DNA from: Spongospora subterranea f. sp. subterranea
Lineage: Eukaryota
Length of the DNA stretch: 28,124 bases
Reading direction: 5' to 3'
NCBI GenBank assembly: GCA_049724395.1
Contig: JAUGWO010000042.1
Span: forward strand, 372,001-400,124
How positions within the stretch are numbered: the stretch's first letter is position 1; each line of letters starts with the position of its first letter. A program made the position numbers and the translations under genes. Shown here one piece after another: positions 1 through 11,141 of the stretch. The notes below the pieces were generated by a model that saw only the letters and a program-made list of their open reading frames with translations, searched no databases and was not told the DNA's origin.

Positions 1-182
1 GGGTGAGTGACCCCCTCCTAAGTGGTACTGTCGATATATCCGACTGACAAGTGCCAACGACTCCCTTTCCTCTATGACATATTCCCTAATCCTCTACCTA
101 GGTAGTTCTCCCAATCCATTATCGGTCACAGGTTGATTCATTCTGCACATGGTGTTGAGGGGAGTCCCTGATCTGCCTGTTT

Positions 183-1714
183 ATGCCAACCGCTAGGATT
201 GGGGATAATGTCCATCCGATATTAGGGCAGCTGCTTCAACAGCGAGGTTTTCGCCTCGCATGTGAAACACACGATCTTATCTGATGGTACTAATTCAGGA
301 TGGGAAATTGCATCTGGTAAATGCCAGGATTGGCAGTTAAATTGGCAGCACAGCCGCTTTCCAATTTTACAATATGCCGATTGTCGCGGAGAGCAGCTCC
401 TAAACCGCTTTCGAAATGCGCATGGAATAACAAGGAAGGTTGGAAGAGTTTTGAAGAAACCTGTCCATGAATAAAGTGTTAATCTGTTAGGATTGTTTAG
501 CAAGGCATCTTCGACGTATGAAGAGCACATATGGGAATATCTATAGCTTCAGTCCCTGTACGTATATAATGCCCAGAGAGCGCCATCAATTGGTACTTCA
601 GCTGACTGATCCTCGTGTAAGGGTTTGCTGCTCCAACCCTACGACGCCGCCATGTTTTGAATTGAAATTGCTTGCTGGCAGATATGGATCGTGAAACCCT
701 GCGCCTCCAGCCAAGGCAGAGATATATATGTGTGTTGCAGTGCAGATCTGAAATCCCAAGACCTCTCTAGAGTGTCGTGTATAGTCCAGGAATATATCCC
801 TCATCCAATGCTCGTATCTGGATATAAATTCGATCTTCGCCTTTACGTCCTGGTCAGGTCCTTTCAGCCATTGCGCCTGTATTTATATAGGCGTGGGCTC
901 ACCAGATTCTCGTCAGAAAGGTGTTGCTGAGCTAGGTTCATTATCTTTATGTTGAAAAATATGGGTTAGATACAGCCTAGATATATCCTCCTTGGGGAAT
1001 GTTTATAGCCATTTGACCAACAGCTCCATAAACAAGCACAGTCCATCATTGGGTCAGGATAAGGATGGAATAGGCATTGGATGTAAATGGACTGCGGCGC
1101 GCCTCTATCTTCATCTAGCTCAGTCTGGGTTTGATGTTGACCGTCTAAAACGTAGGTCGGTCATCACCAATTCTAACGTCGGCTCTCTTAACTGAATCAT
1201 TTCTTATCAGGATTCGCCATTTGATTATTCTGACATTTGCCAGCATTTGCCAGGAAGTGGATCCGAATCCACACTGCTTTGAGCTATTTGGCGTTGACAT
1301 TCTTATTGATAATCGAGCAAAACCGTATGTGATCCTCATTCCTATTTCGATTATGAACTGACCGTTTTCTTATCAGCTGGCTAATCGAAGTCAACTCATC
1401 TCCCGCTTTGGCGGTATCTTGTGAGGAAGATCAACAAGTCAAAATAGTACGAGCATGTCTGTGTTCAGATAAGTCACATACTAATGTTTTATTTTTTTCA
1501 GCCGATGTTGAACGATTTGTTTGATTCGATTGGTTTTACACATCCCGTGTTGACTGGACAGCGATCAAACGAATTTGATCAAATTTTTCCTATACCGAAC
1601 TTGTCTACGGCTAATGGCTCGAAGAATAAAGCTAATATGTCATCGAAGTCGTGCGTTGATGCCGTAAGGAAAGACATTAAGAAAACTCGAAACATGAATA
1701 AGTTGGGCGAGTGA
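183..1714 (+). CDS. TTLL2: Tubulin-tyrosine-ligase-like protein (TTLL2-like polyglutamylase family), 8 exons
   Basis: Exons 183-246, 299-438, 491-616, 682-920, 970-1155, 1211-1324, 1377-1446 and 1502-1714 join in frame via GT-AG introns. The product contains RKDCLARHLRRMK, WIVKPCASSQGRDI, IVQEYIPHP...KFDLRLYVLV, HLTNSSINK, GCKWT, CFELFGVDILID and PWLIEVNSSPAL, which match the TTL domain and TTLL2 in particular. The start codon is the least certain part. Confidence 0.88.
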
Positions 1715-1883
1715 AGTCCATCGAATTCATGAGTTCACCCGTATATATATATATATACAAAATAAACGGAACCGTTGAAAATCGTCAAGATTGCATCGGA
1801 GTGTACTCGGCGATTTGTAATATCAGGTTTAGATATTTACAGAATATCAGTCCCCTTATCTGCAAGTTTAAAGTTCGTGTTCG

Positions 1884-2542
1884 ATGCTGTCGCACACATT
1901 CCATTCGACTGTGGAATTCAGAGGGCGAAGGCATTACCGAGTAGATGGCGAAGCGGACAGATGGAACTTTTTGATGCATCATGATTCCTCGTCAAACATT
2001 TCAGAGGTCGGCGCGGGACTTATTGTTCATCTCAATGATGGACTAAATTTTCATACAGTTTGTCGCACCCCAAGGAATGAACGTGACGAAGTTCCAAAAA
2101 GGTTTCTATCGTCGAGCGGCAGAGAAGATCTGGCCGAACAAAAAGAATGAGGTTTACAAACTACAGGAGGTTGGCGTTTGTCAGGTCTTTTTTCGTAATC
2201 AAACTGAATTATGAGTAGGACATGGAGAAGAAACGACACCTGATTGAAGAGCAACGGAAGAAGCGGACAGAACAACTTGAAAAACATGGAAATCCTATTT
2301 TAGGTACATGCTCAACTATCAAAGCCCAAAGCAAAAAAACATATTATTCGTCGGAGCAAGTACACGACTCCTCAATTTACAGGTTTATCAATACTGGAAG
2401 ACAAAAGAAGCGGCACGAAAATCGTAATGTTAAACAATGCTCAAGTTTGATCGGATATGGACGGAAAGATATTCCATCAAGAGGTGTTTTAGATAACTTC
2501 ATTGGTCATGGTTATGTCAAGCGAGAAGCTGTTCAGGGATAA
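1884..2542 (+). CDS. Hypothetical basic protein, 3 exons
   Basis: ORF 1884 (MLSHTF...NISE) splices via a GT-AG intron at about 2007-2059 into FVAPQGMNVTKFQKGFYRR...KLQE. A second intron at about 2171-2218 leads to DMEKKRHLIEEQRKKR...AVQG*. All junctions are phase-compatible, but no family is recognised. Confidence 0.55.
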
Positions 2543-2891
2543 TACAGCGAAGGGATATTATATCATATACGTTAATTTTGATGACGCGTTATTCCCAGCG
2601 TAGGTCTGCTTTAACTACACAGTTATACTGTATTTATCTCAAATTGCACTCCATTTTGTTGATAAACAATCCGAATATCATAGACGCGCAATGTGTAATC
2701 TTGCTGTGGCACCCAACACATTTTGATCAACAAGAATCTACCAAAAAGAGAGCTAGACAGGCAGCGTCTAAGATGATGGCGAAATCAAGGGCTAATACAT
2801 TTTTTGTAACCCCCAGGACAGGAAAACAGATGCATATTGGTATTAATTAATAGTATAAAGATTAGAACAACGAAACTGGGACCTTTTCTTG

Positions 2892-3940
2892 CTACCTCGA
2901 TGAGCGAAGATAGGTTAACTGCAATCGAGACATTTCGCTTGGATGTCCACTATCTGGTTTGCCCTTTGCCAAAGATATTTCACGATTTGCAGCATCCCTT
3001 TCAGAGCTGCACAGCGAATACCACAACTTTCCTGACGATTTCTCCCATTGCCTGATATCCCGCATTGAATGCTGTCTAGGAATATACTGAGGCACTGACT
3101 TAAATCTGCTGTTGTGTGCTGACAACAATTCCGCTATATCTTCTATGTTTTCTTTCCCAAGTCTTTTTTTGGTAAGGGTACCAGAAGATAGCTTAGCTTT
3201 GGGTGGCTTCGTGACTTGGTCATTTGAAGCAGAATCACGCGTTTTGCTTTGTTTCGTGACGTTATTATTAGTTTGAAGGGCAGTTGTAGACGGCTGGCAA
3301 AATAAAACATCCGCCTTTCTACGAATGGGAGGTCTCGGAAACTCTATTGTTCGTCTGTTGCTGGATTTATGCTTGGAGACTTTCTCTGGGGATAAAGCAA
3401 AACCAGAGCTTGCGAGCTTCCGTGTTTTAACTTTGTCTTTATGATCTTCACGAACCTTTCTATTATGTCGCGCTAACATTTCTTCGATAGTATCTGAGCC
3501 GATGGCGGGAACGCTTTGAGATGGCAAAGCAAGCTCGTGCCCACTAGACACACCAGACCCCATTGGAGTTTCATGACCTGTATGATGCCTTTGAAACCAC
3601 TGATCTGTATAGGGATTTTGGACAGTGCCAAGGGAGAGGTTCCTTTGCATTTCTAAAACTAAATCTACATATTGAGGGGCCTCAAACCTGAAAATTTACA
3701 TTATTAGCCATTGAGAAAGAATGCAAACAAAGCATAATAAATGAAGCACTGGATATAAACGAAAATAACTGATCATTAAAAATTAATTCAACACATTTGT
3801 ACTCGAAACGGGGAATCGATTTCAAATTCCGCGCCATCAGAAAAATCATTGTCTATCTCCGGTAGCTCATATTGGTCAAAAAGGTGCTCCGCTATCTGAA
3901 CTGATAATGATATGTCCTGGCTTGTCGTGTCTCCATCCAT
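2892..3940 (-). CDS. Hypothetical protein with a TPX2-like N-terminal Aurora-binding motif, at least 2 exons
   Basis: Exon 3940-3795 (MDGDTTSQ...DSPFRVQM) joins via intron 3794-3688 to a long exon 3687-2892 beginning FEAPQYVDL...DQWFQRHH. The remainder is K/S-rich and low complexity, with a short C-terminal helical block (YIPRQHSMRDIRQWEKSSGKLWYSL). Confidence 0.65.
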
Positions 3941-4688
3941 CCATCCACGACACTGCCGTCGCCCGGTCAATGGATGATGTTGTGTATTGAGGGTCAGGTG
4001 ATTTTCCGGTAAAAGGATTTACCGACGCGCACAGGCCACAGCAGATGATAATTAGTGCACTCAAAGATCACCACTGTCCCTATTGTACACTGGAAGGCCA
4101 CACCAGTCACTGGCACCAGTCACTGCCACGCCCATCTGTCTCAATTGGTTTCAACCTGACCATCATTCGTTATTGCAAAACAAGTTGTATTGATTGCGAT
4201 TTGAATGTTTCGAATTAGTTATTGCTTCTGGGCGAAACTGTTATGAGCTAGAAAGCACGGGTTTTCAGCGAAATCGCGAAATTGTAGGCGAATTTGCTGG
4301 ATGAAACAATATCTTTGCTGAATTCAACGCCAATAAACCGTTGTTTGCAATTAATAAAAGTGTAGAGTTCGCCATTTGCGGAAATATATTGTGGGCATGT
4401 TGATTCATAATCGCCACGACTTGTTGGCGTATCTCTGAGATCAAGCATTGGATTCAGATTTTATTGAACATCAAGGGCATGACAAAAGGTAGAGTGAATA
4501 AAACCTGATTGGAGCAGATCTTAAAGAATTCCGGCATTGGGATATCATATCCAGTATGGTTTTAAATGCCGATATGCAAAACTGATTGAGGATTAGCCTT
4601 AAAGAGGATCATATCATACGGCCTTTGTACTTACACTACAGCACTCTCTTCACTCCTTTCATTGGTTATTACCGACAATTCACCCAAC

Positions 4689-7581
4689 ATGACCTCTATC
4701 GCCCCATTTGCTCCAACAGCAATGGAAATCGAAGAAAGGCGCTTGTTTTCGGACATAATCTCGATTCTTAGATCGCACTCGATTCCAGCGAGTTCAATTC
4801 CAACCTTGTGTTTGGTTGGCGTCCAGTCGCATGGGTACTAAGAGTTGGCCATTGTCTATACTTGTCGGATGTTTAAGTTTTTGTTTATTTCGATTCTTTA
4901 GGAAGTCGTCATTAGTTGAATTCTTCGTGGGTATTCCTTTGACTTTCATCAGAGAAGACACCGGCACAAGGTGTCCAACAAAATTTTATCTGCAATTTGA
5001 GGCAGATGCCAAAGTACCTCAATGTCAAATTGTTAAAGTCCCCAGAGATATTTCCCGTTTATACCCAAACATCACTGCCATTAATCCACTTAATGTTGCG
5101 TATAAGGTAAAGTCCAAACCTCATTTTACTTTTTCTCTCATTGTTTCTGCAGGAGCTGCCAAACTCGCTTGCGAAAATTATGCTGGATCTTGAAACACAT
5201 ACCGATTCGGGGTTCTCCGACGATGCCGTCGAAGTGCATGTAATTAGTGACTTATGTCCAAATTTGATCTTCATCGATCTTCCCGGAATCGTGTCTCCCA
5301 TAGATCCTCGCTGCGAGACTATCGCTTCTATTGTTCGTGATCATCTACAGATGCCGAACATCATACCAATTATGGTTGTGAAAGCATCCGAAGACCTTGC
5401 AACTGGTATCGGCACCAGCTGTGAAGTTCTGAATATAACTGACGATCGGTCATGTAGGTCTGTTATATACCTTCATTCGCGACAATGCACCGAAAGGTTG
5501 GAAAGAAACGTCTCTTTTTGTAGCTACGCATTTTGATGCCAATCTTCCGAAAAATGGCGAAGCGCTTTCACAAAAATTAGAAGCGCACTGCTGCGATCCG
5601 GAAAATCCTAAATCTAAGCGGGTGCTCAACAAATATTTCGTGTCCTGTAATCCTCCACCTATTATAGATCGGGCTTCTCTAATGCTTAAGCAATATTCAT
5701 ATCTGGTGGACAGAATTCGTAATCTTGAAAGGCTCGAGGGATCAATGATCGATGGCTGCCTGAAAGATGTCAGATCGAGTACAAAGCCAGATTTTGACAT
5801 GGACTATTGGCGGCAGTTTTTAGGACTTGGCAATGCGAAAGCAGCAATCAAACGTCAGTGGTATAAGAGCTATAATGAACAGTTTGCAGCTGTAAAAAAG
5901 TCTTTGGAGGATAAGCGGCAACACACCCAATCTGAAATTTCACGGCTTCGAATCAAAACGCAGACACTGCAACCAAAAGTCATTCGGGCTCAAGTGCTTA
6001 ATCTAGCAATGAAATTCACAGAACTAATCAAGTTGACCGCTGAACAAAATCCAGACGTCTGGGGAACTGCACTTGGACATGAAACTAGTGGATTATCGTT
6101 TGATGAAGAAGATACCGAATACCAAACCAATGCGGTTCCAGTTTTTAGCTGGGATCATCAACTGTCGCAGTCAAACGTTTTCCGTTTATCTGATTCAGAC
6201 CCTGGATGGCAAGATGAACTAAATGTTAAGCTTCTTGGCAGTGCTCAAGTTCGCAGGCTGTTTAAAGTAAATCGTGCAGCATTATGTACATATGAGGTGC
6301 CCAGCATTGACAGTAGCCTGTGGATGAACAACATATGCAACTCGACCAAAGATTCGAATCAACCATCATGGGACCGTTCTGTCCATCGAACTGCGAACTG
6401 GTGAGCGACATCCAAGCTTTCTTCTATGAGTTAAGTTGCATTTTTAGGTGCATGCGAGACTTAATGGGTCCTTCCATTAATTATGTCGTCTCACGAACTC
6501 ATCATATATATACCCGCATAGGAAAGATGGTTCTGGCTGAGTTGAAGTCTCAGTCTGTAGATAACATGTTCGAAAAGCTTTTGGACCAAATATACGGTAA
6601 AAATCGTAGATGCAAGGCGAGTTGTTGAGCAACCTCTAACTGTAAAGTAGAATCGTATTGTGACTACATCACTAAACAAGTCCAGAGAACTAAAGATGCA
6701 GCCGTACATATGTTATTTGCGAAATCGGCCTTCCTCAATCTGGTCGGTTCCATCTTCTTGTCAAATTTGTGGTTTTTTTTATGGTGCTTCATCCAGCTGT
6801 TATGTTCTTTGATTATCCGCAATTCGTTTTTAATAATTTTAAAACATGTTTCATACCGTAACGATTGTTGTTTACACGTATATTTTCCCAGAGCATCGCA
6901 AGAAGTATTGCGTCATTTTTCAACTGGAATGAAGGTGCTTTGGATGAACGTGAGCTGGAACATAGCAAGATGTATTACCGACAGGATGCAATTCGCTCAG
7001 AATGTATATATCGACAACCCGAAGAGCGGGAGCCGGCCGGCCAAACCAGGGACACATCAGAACCGGAGAATAATGACGATTTTCAACGTCGTTTGCGGCT
7101 GATGCTTCCTGTTCCTCAACCAATTCAGTGGCCTACCAGTACAACACCTGATGACGAATCCATTCAAGCCACTCGCGATATTACAGAGAAGTGCATCATG
7201 TTTCAGCTACTGTTGAGTGTGCACGATCTAGAAAGGTATCAGCATTATCACTATTGTCAAAAAACGCTCAATTTTGCATAATTCAGCCTGATCGTGAACA
7301 ATATTGAAAAGCCGATTGAGAACTCTATGTTTACTGGTCATCAGTCTGAATCAATGGCAACCTTCATCAATCGCATAATATGTCAAGATGATAGTTATCT
7401 GCTTGATAGCCTCAACGTCGATGTCGCTCATACCGAGCAGGAAATTGTAGATTTGGAGGCATATTTAGAGTTGATCGACAAGGACATTGTGGCAATTGGG
7501 CACAAGCGCGATTCTCTCAAAGATCTTTATGAATCCAAACGACGAATCAATTCGTCTACGTCAAACAAGCGCAGCTTTTAG
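4689..7581 (+). CDS. Dynamin-related GTPase, DRP5/ARC5/Dlp-like, divergent, multi-exon
   Basis: The spliced product has G1 LVGVQSHG|KSS (split by an intron at about 4835-4900), G2 GTRCP, G3 CPNLIFIDLPG, and FVATHFD at the G4 position. The stalk segment NVKLLGSAQVRRLF resembles the DRP5-type RLYGGAQYHR motif. It ends in a coiled coil with TAG at 7579-7581. Confidence 0.85.
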
Positions 7582-7775
7582 CATGAATAAATTTTGTTGC
7601 TTATAGGACGTTGGACAGATCATGACCATGTTTGACTCAACCATAGACTACCAGACTACCCATAGTGTACGTGGGTCTATGTTATGTACACCCCTGAATG
7701 GTCCGGTGTGGGTTGACCTCCCACCTCCCTACCCCTCTAGAGTGCCATAGTCCGTTATTGATCCCATTCTGTGTC

Positions 7776-9019
7776 ATGTCCAATATTAAGAGGAAAGGTC
7801 GAGAATATCGCCCTGGACAGAAGCCGGCCTGGCTTGATGAACAACAGCGAGACGACGAAACCATCCGACAGGACCACGATAATGTCAAAAAAACCAGCAG
7901 CAAAGCTGCTAAGAACAAGATTTTGGTCCGGGTCCAGGAATCGTTTGTGGAAAACGATGGAAATCATGTGCCTGCAGCAGCGGTAGTACGAGTGGCGACA
8001 ATTGAAACCGATGGGTTAGAGATACCTGAGGCAGCAGTTGAACTTGATGAAGAGGAAGAGGCTGAGGAAAGAAGACGGAGATACAGGTCGAAAATGGCCA
8101 TCGCAGTCGATGATGCGATGGCCGAAACGCTGGAGGAAGTGGAGGAGGCTGAGGAAGAAGAGGAGGAAGTGGAGACAGAAGAGGAAGAAGAGTCAGAGGA
8201 AGATGACCAGGATTACGGAAAGATGTTGATTAAACCAGTTTTCGTATCGAAAGAGCAAAGGAAAACGGTCGACGATCGCTCAACGATTTTAGCGCAAGAA
8301 GAAGAACAAAGGAAGCTGCGAGAGGAATCGAAAGCCGAAAGAAAAATTGAGGCAAATGCGAAACTAATTGAAGCAATCGAAAGGGGCGAAATGGAGCGCG
8401 AATTGGCTGTGAAATCTGCATTGGCTGAAATGCCAGATGACACCGATATACCAAATGATGCTGTCGAAATCGAAAAATGGCGCTTACGGGAAATGGTTCG
8501 TGTGCTACGAGATAGGCAAGAGCGTGCCAACGCAGCTGAAGAACTCGCCGAGACGGAACGCCGACGTCTTCTCTCTGATCAAGAGATTATATCCAATATG
8601 AAAGGGTCAGTTGAAGCAGCACCGCAGAAAGGAAAAATCAAATTTCTGCAACGATATCACCATAAAGGTGTATTCTTTCAAGATAAAGTCGATCCTGAGC
8701 TATTGCAGCGTGACTATACTGTTGCCACTGGTCTTGATGCCGAAATCGATCGATCTCTTCTTCCCAAAGTTTTACAAGTCAAGAATTTCGGTCTTGCAAG
8801 CCGTACTAAATGTAGGTGTTCACCTTTGGCAGCAGCAGTAATAGCATTGCTAATACGTGTTCGTTAGACACACACTTAACCGACCAGGACACTTCCAGAG
8901 ATGATCCTTGGTCAGCGTCGACTGTTTCGGCACCGAAAGGGTATGGCAAACAAAGAAGGGCTGATGACGTGCAATCCTCAAACAACAAGCGATATCGCAC
9001 AGATAGTAATACAAGCTAA
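7776..9019 (+). CDS. MFAP1: Microfibrillar-associated protein 1 (spliceosomal B-complex factor), 2 exons
   Basis: Contains YRPGQKPAW, an acidic tract, LIKPVFVSKEQRKTV, EKWRLREMVRVLRDR, KFLQRYHHKGVFFQD and LLPKVLQVKNFGLASRTK. Intron 8812-8867 restores KY-THLTDQDTS. Confidence 0.95.
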
Positions 9020-9066
9020 TATTGAAGGTAATTGATGACAACCGAATATCTTTAGTTTAATGAGGT

Positions 9067-10846
9067 TTATACGGCATTCGCAACTCGAGCGTTTCTTTGT
9101 TGAGCTAGATCCTTGGGTTTTTCAGTGACCGCCACGGTTTCTGCCACCGCCGCTCGAGGTCCACCCCAGGTTCGAACGCGGAAGGTCATCATACCGTAAA
9201 TTTGGAACACGGCAGAGAAGATCGGCAAAAACAGGAGGATAAGAGGATATCCAATCACGACCTTGAAACGATTGATGTGCAACGCCCAGCTGCTGACGAA
9301 CATCCAAATCGGGACGAAGATCAGGACGGCAAATCCGATTGTTTGCCATGTCCCATGCCCTAATGCGGCTTCCATGAAGAAGACATAGACGAACAGGGGA
9401 CCGTTTTTCAGCGCCGACAGTCCAATGAGGATGTTGAGACCGGGAAATTGCATCCATAGAATGGGTGATGTTATCATGTAGACCTCATTCGTCACCGTTC
9501 CTAGATACCATCGCCGCCTTTGCTTCATCAGCGAACGGAAGCTGTCACATCCCTCAGTCTTGCAGCGCGCCGCCGGACAGAACCCGATCCTGTATTTCTC
9601 CTTCCGCTGCTCCATCAGTAGGTGAGTCAGATACCGATCTTCCCCCAGATGGGTCCTGTTGAAGTCGAAATTGTCCTCGGCCGACAACTGGCCGAAATAC
9701 ACAGCAGAGACTTGCTCAAGGGCCTCGAATCTGACCATGGTCAGAGCTCCAGGAAGACAGGACACCGATCCCAGATAATCTTCTGTGTTCCTTTGCAGCA
9801 TCTGCGACTCGATATATTCCGTATCCTGGATGAGCTTATAGAAGCTATAGGTGTCGGCCGTCTTGCACGTGATCAATCCCGTTAGCGCTTCCCGTTTGAT
9901 TCCGCTATACCGGTTCATATCGTACACGAAATGGGCCATTGCACTCTGCTCCAGTTCGATATCGGAATCGATGAACAGGAGCAGCGGTTTGACGGCCAGC
10001 GATCTGTAATGCTTCTGCAGGTATCTGAAGGCACACATCTGGGCGTGACGTTTACCACCGTGCTCGAACCGACATGGCGTTATGATCAGGTTCTTGTAGT
10101 TGATATCGCCAATGAACGGGTAATCCTCCGAATGTGATGATATCCCTAGCTCCTGCTGACCCTCTTCTGTCGACAACAGCTTGTAATCTGGGTCGGGATT
10201 GCCGCTCGTCAAGCAGTATATAACCGCCTTGTACACCAACGTCAGCTTATCGTCGTCGAACGCCATCACCAAATGCAGCCGCCTCTTGGGATATTTGCTG
10301 GCCACGACCGAGTTGATCGCGATCATCAATGTCTCAATCGGTTCGTTGTAGATTGGCATCACAACCGTGATTGCCGGGAGCCCTCCTTCTTTCTTATTGG
10401 CCGCTCGCTCCCCTCAGCAAGGTCGTGACTTCCTTTGAGTTGGGAGATCGTCGCCAAGCATCCGTTGCACATCCGATTTTGAACCAGGTCACGGCGATCA
10501 ACAGAATCGGCTCGAAATACAGAAACTTGACCCAATCGCGATCAAATATGGACCCAATCCATGGTCGTTGCAGGAAAATGAGCCCACCCCAGTTGACCGT
10601 CGACACGAGAATATAATACATAAAGCCGTTGTAGCCAACATACGATAGGAGAAATAATAAGGCCGTTAGACGCGTTCTGAATGGATGGCTATTGGATTTC
10701 TCGCCATCTCTCAACACTTTCGACAGGGTGACCACATAAACCGTAAAATAGGAGATAGCGTGGCCAAATGCGATAACCAGGAAAAAGGACACAATCCCAT
10801 TAGTTATGAGAGATGCATTCGTGCCAAGCCATTGCACGATATCCAT
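9067..10846 (-). CDS. CHS: Chitin synthase (GT2), short ChsD-type, with a frame break near 10393-10429
   Basis: An N-terminal TM region (10846-10394) is followed by VVMPIYNE, HGGKR, LFIDSD, QDTEY, CLPGAL, LGEDRYLT, QRRRW, TM helices and TWG. The two parts are in different frames. They join either by removing one base from the C4 run at 10410-10413 or by a 37-nt GT-AG intron at 10429-10393. Confidence 0.92.
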
Positions 10847-11141
10847 CAACGCAACACTAACTGTCTCTCCAACCACCTGTCCCGTATGATGGCGAAATTC
10901 AATATGATACGATCGAGACCGAACGGCACTACAAAAAACATGATGACTCAGCAGGCGGGGAATACTTTCTATGGCAGCCCATGACTCATTCCATCATCAC
11001 TACATGCTGTTCGTTCATGAAATATCAGGGACCCGTATCGGGGAACAGGGATCTACCAATATTTTTGATCACCAACACATAAACATGAATTGCGCTTTAA
11101 TAAAGATAATGCTGTCGGGCATGATATAATCGTCAATGGGG

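Noticed and set aside
1742..1757. (TA)n run after the TTLL2 stop
   Set aside because: Ordinary short microsatellite.
4248..4448. 66-aa minus-strand ORF between divergent genes
   Set aside because: TTG start, no recognisable motif, no supporting splice structure.
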